Positions 24,001 to 36,900 of a stretch of DNA of 64,000 bases are shown here, piece by piece. The position numbers and the translations under genes were made by a program. Origin of the DNA: Eledone cirrhosa. Its lineage: Eukaryota. Under the pieces are notes generated by a model. That model was given only the letters and a program-made list of their open reading frames with translations, did no database searches and was not told the DNA's origin. Where the stretch lies: the NCBI GenBank assembly GCA_964016885.1, contig OZ024744.1, forward strand, positions 9,362,001 to 9,426,000. Direction: 5' to 3'. Every line of letters begins with the position of its first letter. Within the stretch, counting starts at the first letter, position 1.

Positions 24001-27000
24001 ATTACCTGGTTATGTGTTGTATGTGGTCCTAGATGTATGTATTACCTGTTTCTGTGTTGTACGTGGTCCTAGATGCATGTATTACCTGGTTATGTGTTGT
24101 ATGTGGTGCTAGATGTATGCATTACCTGCTTGTGTGTTGTATGTGGCCCTATATGTGTGTATTACCTGCTTGTGTGTTGTATGTGGTCCTAGATGTATGT
24201 ATTATCTGGTTATGTGTTGTATGTAATCCTAGATGTATGTATTACCTGATTATGTGGTGTATGTGGTCCAAGATGTATGTATTACCTGGTTATGTGTTGT
24301 ATGTGGTCCTAGATGTATGTATTACTTGGTTGTGTGTTGTATGTGGTCCTAGATGTATGTACTACCTGGTTATGTGTTGTATGTGGTCCTAGATGTATGT
24401 ATTACCTGCTTGTGTGTTCTATGTAGTCCTAGATGTATGTAATACCTGGTTATGTGTTGTATGTAGTCCTGGATGTATGTATTACCTGCCTGTGTGTTGT
24501 ATGTGGTCCTAGATGTATGTACTACCTGGTTATGTGTTGTATGTGGTCCTAGATGTATGTATTACCTGCTTGTGTGTTCTATGTAGTCCTAGATGTATGT
24601 ATTACCTGGTTATGTGTTGTATGTAGTCCTATATGTGTGTATTACGTGGTTATGTGGTGTATGTAGTCCTAGATGTATGTATTACCTGCTTGTGTGTCGT
24701 TTGTGGTCCTAGATGTATGTATTACTTGGTTATGTGTTGTATGTGGTCCTAGATGTTGTTATAACCTGCCTGTTGTTGTATGTGGTCCTAGAAGTGTGTA
24801 TTACCTGCCTGTGTGTTGTATGTAGTCCTAGATGTATGTATTACCTGGTTATGTGTTGTATGTGGTCCTAGATGTATGTATTCCCAGCCTGTGTGTTGTA
24901 TGTGGTCCTAGATGTATGTATTACCTGGTTATGTGTTGTATGTAGTCCTAGATGTATGTACTACCTGGTTATGTGTTGTATGTGGTCCTAGATGTATGTA
25001 TTACCTGCTTGTGTGTTGTATGTGGCCCTATATGTGTGTATTACCTGCTTGTGTGTTGTATGTGGTCCTAGATATACGTATTACTTGTTGTGTGTTCTAT
25101 GTAGTCCTAGATGTATGTATTACCTGGTTATGTGTTGTATGTAGTCCTAGATGTATGTATTACCTGCTTGTGTGTTGTATGTGGTCCTAGATGTATGTAT
25201 TACTTGGTTATGTGTTGTATGTGGTCCTAGATGTTGTTATAACCTGTCTGTTGTTGTATGTGGTCCTAGATGGTGTATTACCTGCTTGTGTGTTGTATGT
25301 AGTCCTAGATGTATGTATTACCTGGTTATGTGTTGTATGTAGTCCTAGATGTATATACTACCTGGTTATGTGTTGTATGTGGTCCTAGATGTATGTATTA
25401 CCTGGTTGTGTGTTCTATGTAGTCCTAGATGTATGTATTACCTGGTTATGTGTTGTATGTAGTCCTAGATGTGTGTATTACCTGGTTATGTGGTGTATGT
25501 AGTCATAGATGTATGTATTGCCTGCTTGTGTGTTGTATGTGGTCCTAGATGTATGTATTACCTGCTTGTGTGTTGTATGTGGTCCTAGATGTATGTATTA
25601 CCTGGTTATGTGTTGTATGTAGTCCTAGATCTGTGTATTACCTGATTATGTGGTGTATGTAGTCCAAGATGTATGTATTACCTGCTTGTGTGTTGTAAGT
25701 GGTCCTAGATGTATGTATTACTTGGTTATGTGTTGTATGTGGTCCTAGATGTGTGCATTACCTGCTTGTGTGTTGTATGTGGTCCTAGATGTATGTATTA
25801 CCTGGTTATGTGTTGTATGTGGTCCTAGATGTGTGTATTACCTGCTTGTGTGTTGTATGTGGCCTTAGATGTGTGTATTACCTGCTTGTGTGTTGTATGT
25901 GGCCTTAGATGTGTGTATTACCTGCTAGTGTGTTGTATGTTGTCCTAGATGTGTGTATTCCCTGCTTGTGTGTTTCATGTGGTCCTAGATGTATGTATTA
26001 CCTGCTTATGTGTTGTATGTGGTCGAAGATGTATGTATTACCTGCCAGTGTGTTGTATGCGGTCCTAGATGTATGTATTACCTACTGGTGTGTTGTATGT
26101 GGCCTTAGATGTGTGTATTACCTGGTTATGTGTTGTATGTAGTCCTAGATGTGTGTATTACCCGCTTGTATGTTGTATATAGTCCTGGATGTATGTATTA
26201 CCTGCTTGTGTGTGGTATGTAGTCCTAGATGTGTGTATTACCTACTTGTGGGTTCTATGTGGCCTTAGATGTGTGTATTACCTGCTTGTGTGTTGCATGT
26301 GGCCCTAGATGTGTGTATTACCTGGTTATGTGTTGTATGTAGTCTTATGTGTATTTATTACGTGCTTGTGTGTTGTATGTGGTCCTAGATGTGTGTATTA
26401 CTTGCTTGTGTGTTCTATGTAGTCCTAGATGTATGTATTACCTGGTTATGTGTTGTATGTAGTGATAGATGTATGTATTACTTGGTTATGTGTTGTATGT
26501 GGTCCTAGATGTGTGTATTACCTGCTTGTGTGTCCTAAATAATGTATTACCTGCTTGTGTGTTGTATGTGTTCCTATATGTGTGTATTACCTGCTTGTGT
26601 GTTGTATGTAGTCCTAGATGTATGTATTACCTGCTTGTGTGTTGTATGTAGTCCTTGATGTATGTATTACCTGCTTGTGTGTTGTATGTAGTCCTAGATG
26701 TGTGTATTACCTGCTTGTGTGTTGTATGTGGCCCTAGATGTGTGTATTACCTGCTTGTGTGTTGTATGTGGCCCTAGATGTGTGTATTACCTGGTTATGT
26801 GTTGTATGTAGTCCTAGATGTGTGTATTACCTGCTTGTATGTTGTATATAGTCCTAGATGTATGTATTACCTGCTTGTGTGTTGTATGTAGTCGTAGATG
26901 TGTGTCTTACCTGCTTCTGTGTTGTATGTGGCCTTAGATGTGTGTATTACCTGCTTGTGTGTTGTATGTGGTCCTAGATGTGTGAAATTCCCTGCTTGTG

Positions 27001-28535
27001 TGTTGTATGTGGTCATAGATGTATGTATTACCTGCTTATGTGTTGTATGTGGTCCAAGATGTATGTATTACCTGCCTGTGTGTTGTATGTGGTCCTAGAT
27101 GTATGTATTACCTACTGGTGTGTTGTATGTGGTCCTAGATGTGTGTATTACCTGCTTGTGTGTTGTATGTGGTCCTAGATGTATGTATTACCTGGTTATG
27201 TGTTGTATGTAGTCCTAGATGTATGTATTACCTGGTTATGTGTTGTATGTGGTCCTAGATGTTGTTATAACCTGCCTGTTGTTGTATGTGGTCCTAGAAG
27301 TGTGTATTACCTGCCTGTGTGTTGTATGTAGTCCTAGATGTATGTATTACCTGGTTATGTGTTGTATGTTGTCCTAGATGTATGTATTACCAGCCTGTGT
27401 GTTGTATGTGGTCCTAGATGTATGTATTACCTGGTTATGTGTTGTATGTTGTCCTAGATGTGTTATTACCTGCTTGTATGTTTTATGTGGTCCTAGATGT
27501 GTGTATTACTTGCTTGTGTGTTCTATGTAGTCCTAGATGTATGTATTACCTGCTGGTGTGTTGTATGTGGTCCTGGATGTATGTAATACCTGCTTGTGTG
27601 TTGTATGTGGTTCTAGATGTATGTATTACCTGGTTATGTGTTGTATGTGGTCCTAGATGTATGTATTACCTGGTTATGTTTTGTATGTAGTCCTAGATGT
27701 ATGTACTACCTGGTTATGTGTTGTATGTGGTCCTAGATGTATGTATTACCTGCTTGTGTGTTGTATGTGGTCCTAGATATATGTATTACCTGGTTGTGTG
27801 TTCTATGTAGTCCTAGATGTATGTATTACCTGGTTATGTGTTGTATGTAGTCCTAGATGTATGTATTACCTGCTTGAGTGTTGTATGTGGTCCTAGATGT
27901 ATGTATTACTTGGTTATGTGTTGTATGTGGTCCTAGATGTTGTTATAACCTGTCTGTTGTTGTATGTGGTCCTAGATGTGTGTATTACCTGCTTGTGTGT
28001 TGTATGTAGTCCTAGATGTATGTATTACCTGGTTATGTGTTGTATGTAGTCCTAGATGTATGTACTACCTGGTTATGTGTTGTATGTGGTCCTAGATGTA
28101 TGTATTACCAGGTTGTATGTTCTATGTAGTCCTAGATGTATGTATTACCTGGTTATGTGTTGTATGTAGTCCTAGATGTGTGTATTACCTGGTTATGTGG
28201 TGTATGTAGTCATAGATGTATGTATTACCTGCTTGTGTGTTGTATATGGTCCTAGATGTATGTATTACTTGGTTATGTGTTGTATGTGGTCCTAGATGTT
28301 GTTATAACCTGTCTGTTGTTGTATGTGGTCCTAGATGGTGTATTACCTGCTTGTGTGTTGTATGTAGTCCTAGATGTATGTATTACCTGGTTATGTGTTG
28401 TATGTAGTCCTAGATGTATATACTACCTGGTTATGTGTTGTATGTGGTCCTAGATGTATGTATTACCTGGTTGTGTGTTCTATGTAGTCCTAGATGTATG
28501 TATTACCTGGTTATGTGTTGTATGTAGTCCTAGAT
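17457..28535 (+). repeat. Tandem duplication of a ~5.5-kb unit (offset 5490 then 5529)
   Basis: ORF pairs 17833/23323, 18543/24033 and 19422/24912 are 5490 apart. Pairs 20380/25909, 20940/26469, 21889/27418 and 22687/28216 are 5529 apart. Shared variants include CCTAAATAATG, GTCGTAG, GCTAGTG and GATGGTG. Confidence 0.92.
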
Positions 28536-31135
28536 CTGTGTATTACCTGATTATGTGGTGTATGTCGTCCAAGATGTATGTATTACCTGCTTGTGTGTTG
28601 TAAGTGGTCCTAGATGTATGTATTACTTGGTTATGTGTTGTATGTGGTCCTAGATGTGTGTATTACCTGCTTGTGTGTTGTATGTGGTCCTAGATGTATG
28701 TATTACCTGGTTATGTGTTGTATGTGGTCCTAGATGTGTGTATTACCTGCTTGTGTGTTGTATGTGGCCTTAGATGTGTGTATTACCTGCTTGTGTGTTG
28801 TATGTGGCCTTAGATGTGTGTATTACCTGCTTGTGTGTTGTATGTTGTCCTAGATGTGTGTATTCCCTGCTTGTGTGTTTCATGTGGTCCTAGATGTATG
28901 TATTACCTGCTTATGTGTTGTATGTGGTCGAAGATGTATGTATTACCTGCCAGTGTGTTGTATGCGGTCCTAGATGTATGTATTACCTACTGGTGTGTTG
29001 TATGTGGCCTTAGATGTGTGTATTACCTGGTTATGTGTTGTATGTAGTCCTAGATGTGTGTATTACCCGCTTGTATGTTGTATATAGTCCTGGATGTATG
29101 TATTACCTGCTTGTGTGTTGTATGTAGTCCTAGATGTGTGTATTACCTGCTTGTGGGTTCTATGTGGCCTTAGATGTGTGTATTACCTGCTTGTGTGTTG
29201 CATGTGGCCCTAGATGTGTGAATTACCTGGTTATGTGTTGTATGTAGTCTTATGTGTATTTATTACGTGCTTGTGTGTTGTATGTGGTCCTAGATGTGTG
29301 TATTACTTGCTTGTGTGTTCTATGTAGTCCTAGATGTATGTATTACCTGGTTATGTGTTGTATGTAGTGATAGATGTATGTATTACTTGGTTATGTGTTG
29401 TATGTGGTCCTAGATGTGTGTATTACCTGCTTGTGTGTCCTAGATAATGTATTACCTGCTTGTGTGTTGTATGTGTTCCTATATGTGTGTATTACCTGCT
29501 TGTGTGTTGTATGTAGTCCTAGATGTATGTATTACCTGCTTGTGTGTTGTATGTAGTCCTTGATGTATGTATTACCTGCTTGTGTGTTGTATGTAGTCCT
29601 AGATGTGTGTATTACCTGCTTGTGTGTTGTATGTGGCCCTAGATGTGTGTATTACCTGCTTGTGTGTTGTATGTGGCCCTAGATGTGTGTATTACCTGGT
29701 TATGTGTTGTATGTAGTCCTAGATGTGTGTATTACCTGCTTGTATGTTGTATATAGTCCTAGATGTATGTATTACCTGCTTGTGTGTTGTATGTAGTCCT
29801 AGATGTGTGTCTTACCTGCTTCTGTGTTGTATGTGGCCTTAGATGTGTGTATTACCTGCTTGTGTGTTGTATGTGGTCCTAGATGTGTGAAATTCCCTGC
29901 TTGTGTGTTGTATGTGGTCATAGATGTATGTATTACCTGCTTATGTGTTGTATGTGGTCCAAGATGTATGTATTACCTGCCTGTGTGTTGTATGTGGTCC
30001 TAGATGTATGTATTACCTACTGGTGTGTTGTATGTGGTCCTAGATGTGTGTATTACCTGCTTGTGTGTTGTATGTGGTCCTAGATGTATGTATTACCTGG
30101 TTATGTGTTGTATGTAGTCCCAGATGTATGTATTACCTGGTTATGTGTTGTATGTGGTCCTAGATGTTGTTATAACCTGCCTGTTGTTGTATGTGGTCCT
30201 AGAAGTGTGTATTACCTGCCTGTGTGTTGTATGTAGTCCTAGATGTATGTATTACCTGGTTATGTGTTGTATGTTGTCCTAGATGTATGTATTACCAGCC
30301 TGTGTGTTGTATGTGGTCCTAGATGTATGTATTACCTGGTTATGTGTTGTATGTTGTCCTAGATGTGTTATTACCTGCTTGTATGTTTTATGTGGTCCTA
30401 GATGTGTGTATTACTTGCTTGTGTGTTCTATGTAGTCCTAGATGTATGTATTACCTGCTGGTGTGTTGTATGTGGTCCTGGATGTATGTAATACCTGCTT
30501 GTGTGTTGTATGTGGTTCTAGATGTATGTATTACCTGGTTATGTGTTGTATGTGGTCCTAGATGTATGTATTACCTGGTTATGTTTTGTATGTAGTCCTA
30601 GATGTATGTACTACCTGGTTATGTGTTGTATGTGGTCCTAGATGTATGTATTACCTGCTTGTGTGTTGTATGTGGTCCTAGATATATGTATTACCTGGTT
30701 GTGTGTTCTATGTAGTCCTAGATGTATGTATTACCTGGTTATGTGTTGTATGTAGTCCTAGATGTATGTATTACCTGCTTGAGTGTTGTATGTGGTCCTA
30801 GATGTATGTATTACTTGGTTATGTGTTGTATGTGGTCCTAGATGTTGTTATAACCTGTCTGTTGTTGTATGTGGTCCTAGATGTGTGTATTACCTGCTTG
30901 TGTGTTGTATGTAGTCCTAGATGTATGTATTACCTGGTTATGTGTTGTATGTAGTCCTAGATGTATGTACTACCTGGTTATGTGCTGTATGTGGTCCTAG
31001 ATGTATGTATTACCAGGTTGTATGTTCTATGTAGTCCTAGATGTATGTATTACCTGGTTATGTGTTGTATGTAGTCCTAGATGTGTGTATTACCTGGTTA
31101 TGTGGTGTATGTAGTCATAGATGTATGTATTACCT
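25590..31135 (+). repeat. Near-tandem duplication at a 2905-bp offset (third copy of the ~2.65-kb block also at ~20060-22700)
   Basis: ORF pairs 25909/28814, 26469/29374, 26898/29803 and 27418/30323. A 41-bp monomer beginning GATGTGTGAAATTCCC occurs at 21448, 26977 and 29882. Confidence 0.9.
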
Positions 31136-33929
31136 GCTTGTGTGTTGTATGTGGTCCTAGATGTATGTATTACTTGGTTATGTGTTGTATGTGGTCCTAG
31201 ATGTTGTTATAACCTGTCTGTTGTTGTATGTGGTCCTAGATGTGTGTATTACCTGCTTGTGTGTTGTATGTGGTCCTAGATGTATGTATTACCTGGTTAT
31301 GTGTTGTATGTGGTCCTAGATGTGTTATTACCTGCTTGTATGTTATATGTGGTCCTAGATGTGTGTATTACTTGCTTGTGTGTTCTATGTAGTCCTAGAT
31401 GTATGTATTACCTGGTTATGTGTTGTATGTAGTCATAGATGTATGTATTACTTGGTTATGTGTTGTATGTGTTCCTAGATGTGTGTATTACCTGCTTGTG
31501 TGTCCTAGATGTATGTATTACCTGCTTGTGTGTTGTATGTGTTCCTATATGTGTGTATTACCTGCTTGTGTGTTGTATGTAGTGTTAGATGTATGTATTA
31601 CCTGCCTGTGTGTTGTATGTGGTCCTAGATGTATGTATTACCTGCTTGTGTGTTGTATGTAGTCCTTGATGTATGTATTACCTGCTTGTGTGTTGTATGT
31701 AGTCCTAGATGTGTGTATTACCTGCTTGTGTGTTGTATGTGGCCCTAGATGTGTGTATTACCTGCTTGTGTGTTGTATGTGGCCCTAGATGTGTGTATTA
31801 CCTGGTTATGTGTTGTATGTAGTCCTAGATGTGTGTATTACCCGCTTGTATGTTGTATATAGTCCTAGATGTATGTATTACCTGCTTGTGTGTTGTATGT
31901 AGTCCTAGATGTGTGTATTACCTGCTTGTGTGTTGTATGTGGCCTTAGATGTGTGTATTACCTGCTTGTGTGTTGTATGTGGTCCTAGATGTATGTATTA
32001 CCTGCTTATGTGTTGTATGTGGTCGAAGATGTATGTATTACCTGCCAGTGTGTTGTATGCGGTCCTAGATGTATGTATTACCTACTGGTGTGTTGTATGT
32101 GGTCCTAGATGTGTGTATTACTTGCTTGTGTGTTGTATGTGGTCCTAGATGTATGTATTACATGGTTATGTGTTGTATGTGGTCCTATATGTATCTATTA
32201 CCTGGTTATGTGTTGTATGTGGTCCTGGATGTATGTATTACCTGCCTGTGTGTTGTATGTGTTTCTAGATGTATGTATTACCTGGTTATGTGTTGTATGT
32301 GGTCCTAGATGTATGTATTACCTGCTTGTGTGTTGTATTTGGTCCTAGATGAATGTATTACCTGCCTGTGTGTTGTATGTGGTCCTAGATGTATGTATTC
32401 CCTGCTTGTGTGTTGTATGTAGACCTGGATGTATGTATTACCTGCCTGTGTGTTGTATGTCGTCCTAGATGTATGTATTACCTGCCTGTGTGTTGTATGT
32501 GGTCCTAGATCTATGTATTACCTGCCTGTGTGTTGTATGTGGTCCTAGATGTATGTATTACCTGCTTGCGTGTTGTATGTAGTCCTAGATGTATGTATTC
32601 CCTGCTTGTGTGTTGTATGTAGTCCTAGATGTATGTATTCCCTGCTTGTGTGTTGTATGTAGTCCTAGATGTATGTATTACCTGCTTGCCTTGTGTGTTG
32701 TATGTAGTCCTAGATGTATGTATTACCTGCTTGTGTGTTGTATGTAGTCTTAGGTGTATTTATTACGTGCTTGTGTATTGTATGTAGTCCTAGATGTATG
32801 TATTACCTGCTTGCCTTGTGTGTTGTATGTAGTCCTAGATCTATGTATTACCTGCCTGTGTGTTGTATGTGGTCCTAGATGTATGTATTACCTGCTTGTG
32901 TGTTGTATGTAGTCCTAGATGTATGTATTCCCTGCTTGTGTGTTGTATGTCGTCCTAGATGTATGTATTACCTGCTTGTGTGTTGTATGTGGTCCTAGAT
33001 GTGTGTATTACCTGCCTGTGTGTTGTATGTGGTCCTAGATGTATGTATTACCTGCTTGTGTGTTCTATGTAGTCCTAGATGTATGTATTACCTGCTTGTC
33101 TTGTGTGTTGTATGTAGTTCTAGATGTATGTATTACCTGGTTATGTGTTGTATGTGGTCCTAGATGTATGTATTACCAGCCTGTGTGTTGTATGTGGTCC
33201 TAGATGTATGTATTACCTGGTTATGTGTTGTATGTGGTCCTAGATGTGTTATTACCCGCTTGTATGTTTTATGTGGTCCTAGATGTGTGTATTACTTGCT
33301 TGTGTGTTCTATGTAGTCCTAGATGTATGTATTACCTGCTGGTGTGTTGTATGTGGTCCTGGATGTATGAATTACCTGCTTGTGTGTTGTATGTGGTTCT
33401 AGATGTATGTATTACCTGGTTATGTGTTGTATGTGGTCCTAGATGTATGTATTACCTGGTTATGTGTTGTATGTAGTCCTAGATGTATGTACTACCTGGT
33501 TATGTGTTGTATGTGGTGCTAGATGTATGTATTACCTGCTTGTGTGTTGTATGTGGTCCTAGATATATGTATTACCTGGTTGTGTGTTCTATGTAGTCCT
33601 AGATGTATGTATTACCTGGTTATGTGTTGTATGTAGTCCTAGATGTATGTATTACCTGCTTGTGTGTTGTATGTGGTCCTAGATGTATGTATTACTTGGT
33701 TATGTGTTGTATGTGGTCCTAGATGTTGTTATAAACTGTCTGTTGTTGTATGTGGTCCTAGATGTGTGTATTACATGCTTGTGTGTTGTATGTAGTCCTA
33801 GATGTATGTATTACCTGGTTATGTGTTGTATGTTGTCCTAGATGTATGTACTACCTGGTTATGTGTTGTATGTGGTCCTAGATGTATGTATTACCTGGTT
33901 GTGTGTTCTATGTAGTCCTAGATGTATGT

Positions 33930-36900
33930 ATTACCTGGTTATGTGTTGTATGTAGTCCTAGATGTGTGTATTACCTGGTTATGTGGTGTATGTAGTCATA
34001 GATGTATGTATTACCTGCTTGTGTGTTGTATGTGGTCCTAGATGTATGTATTACTTGGTTATGTGTTGTATGTGGTCCTAGATGTTGTTATAACCTGTCT
34101 GTTGTTGTATGTGGTCCTAGATGTGTGTATTACCTACTTGTGTGTTGTATGTGGTCCTAGATGTATGTATTACCTGGTTATGTGTTGTATGTGGTCCTAG
34201 AGGTGTTATTACCTGCTTGTATGTTATATGTGGTCCTAGATGTGTGTATTACTTGCTTGTGTGTTGTATGTAGCCATAGATGTATGTATTACTTGGTTAT
34301 CTGTTGTATGTGGTCCTAGATGTGTGTATTACCTGCTTGTGTGTCCTAGATCTATGTATTACCTGCTTGTGTGTTGTATGTGTTCCTATATGTGTGTATT
34401 ACCTGCTTGTGTGTTGTATGTAGTGCTAGATGTATGTATTACCTGCCTGTGTGTTGTATGTGGTCCTAGATGAATGTATTACCTGCTTGTGTGTTGTATG
34501 TGGCCCTAGATGTGTGTATTACCTGCTTGTGTGTTGTATGTGGCCCTAGATGTGTGTATTACCTGGTTATGTGTTGTATGTAGTCCTAGATGTGTGTATT
34601 ACCCGCTTGTATGTTGTATATAGTCCTAGATGTATGTATTACCTGCTTGTGTGTTGTATGTAGTCCTAGATGTGTGTATTACCTGCTTGTGTGTTGTATG
34701 TGGCCTTAGATGTGTGTATTACCTGCTTGTGTGTTGTATGTGGCCCTAGATGTGTGTATTACCTGCTTGTGTGTTGTATGTGGTCCTAGATGTGTGTATT
34801 CCCTGCTTGTGTGTTGTATGTGGTCCTAGATGTATGTATTACCTGCTTATGTGTTGTATGTGGTCGAAGATGTATGTATTACCTGCCAGTGTGTTGTATG
34901 CGGTCCTAGATGTATGTATTACCTACTGGTGTGTTGTATGTGGTCTTAGATGTGTGTATTACCTGCTTGTGTGTTGTATGTGGTCCTAGATGTATGTATT
35001 ATATGGTTATGTGTTGTATGTGGTCCTAGATGTATCTATTACCTGGTTATGTGTTGTATGTGGTCCTGGATGTATGTATTACCTGCCTGTGTGTTGTATG
35101 TGTTTCTAGATGTATGTATTACCTGGTTATGTGTTGTATGTGGACCTAGATTTATGTATTACCTGCTTGTGTGTTGTATTTGGTCCTAGATGTATGTATT
35201 ACCTGATTGTGTGTTGTATGTGATCCTAGATGTATGTATTACCTGCTTGTGTGTTGTATGTAGTCCTAGATCCATGTATTACCTGTCTGTGTGTTGTATG
35301 TAGTCCTAGATGAATGTATTACTTGCCTGTGTGTTGTATGTAGTCCTGGATGTATGTATTACCTGCCTGTGTGTTGTATGTCGTCCTAGATGTATGTATT
35401 ACCTGCCTGTGTGTTGTATGTGGTCCTAGATCTATGTATTACCTGCCTGTGTGTTGTATGTGGTCCTAGATGTATGTATTACCTGCTTGTGTGTTGTATG
35501 TAGTCCTAGATGTATGTATTCCCTGCTTGTGTGTTGTATGTAGTCCTAGATGTATGTATTCCCTGCTTGTGTGTTGTATGTAGTCCTAGATGTATGTATT
35601 ACCTGCTTGCCTTGTGTGTTGTATGTAGTCCTAGATGTATGTATTACCTGCTTGTGTGTTGTATGTAGTCCTAGATGTATGTATTACCTGCTTGCCTTGT
35701 GTGTTGTATGTAGTCCTAGATGTATGTATTACCTGCTTGCCTTGTGTGTTGTATGTAGTCCTAGATCTATGTATTACCTGCCTGAGTGTTGTATGTGGTC
35801 CTAGATGTATGTATTACCTGCTTGTGTGTTGTATGTAGTCCTAGATGTATGTATTCCCTGCTTGTGTGTTGTATGTCGTCCTAGATGTATGTATTACCTG
35901 CTTGTGTGTTGTATGTGGTCCTAGATGTGTGTATTACCTGCCTGTGTGTTGTATGTGGTCCTAGATGTATGTATTACCTGCTTGTGTGTTGTATGTAGTC
36001 CTAGATGTATGTATTACCTGCTTGCCTTGTGTGTTGTATGTAGTCCTAGATGTATGTATTACCTGCTTGTGTGTTGTATGTAGTCTTAGGTGTATTTATT
36101 ACGTGCTTGTGTGTTGTATGTGGTCCTAGATGTGTGTATTACCTGCTTGTGTGTTGTATGTAGTCCTAGATGTGTGTATTACCTGGTTATGTGTTGTATA
36201 TTGTCATAGATGTGTGTATTACCTGCTTGTGTGTTGTATGTGGTCCTATATGTGTGTATTACTTGCTTGTGTGTTGTATGTAGTCCTAGATGTATAAACT
36301 ACCTGGTTATGTGTTGTATGTAGTCCTAGATGTACGTATTACCTGCTTCTTTGTTGTATATGGTCCTAGATGTATGTATTACCTACTGCTGTGTTGTATA
36401 TGGTCCTAGATGTGTGTATTACCTGCTTGTGTGTTGTATGTGGTCCTAGATGTATGTATTACCTGGTTGTGTGTTCTATGTAGTCCTAGATGTATGTATT
36501 ACCTGGTTATGTGTTGTATGTGGTCCTAGATGTATGTATTACCTGTTTCTGTGTTGTACGTGGTCCTAGATGCATGTATTACCTGGTTATGTGTTGTATG
36601 TGGTGTTAGATGTATGTATTACCTGCTTGTGTGTTGTATGTGGCCCTATATGTGTGTATTACCTGCTTGTGTGTTGTATGTGGTCCTAGATGTATGTATT
36701 ACCTGGTTATGTGTTGTATGTAATCCTAGATGTATGTACTACCTGGTTATGTGTTGTATGTGGTCCTAGATGTATGTATTACCTGCTTGTGTGTTGTATG
36801 TGGTCCTAGATGTATGTATTACCTGGTTGTGTGTTCTATGTAGTCCTAGATGTATGTATTACCTGGTTATGTGTTGTATGTAGTCCTAGATGTGTGTATT

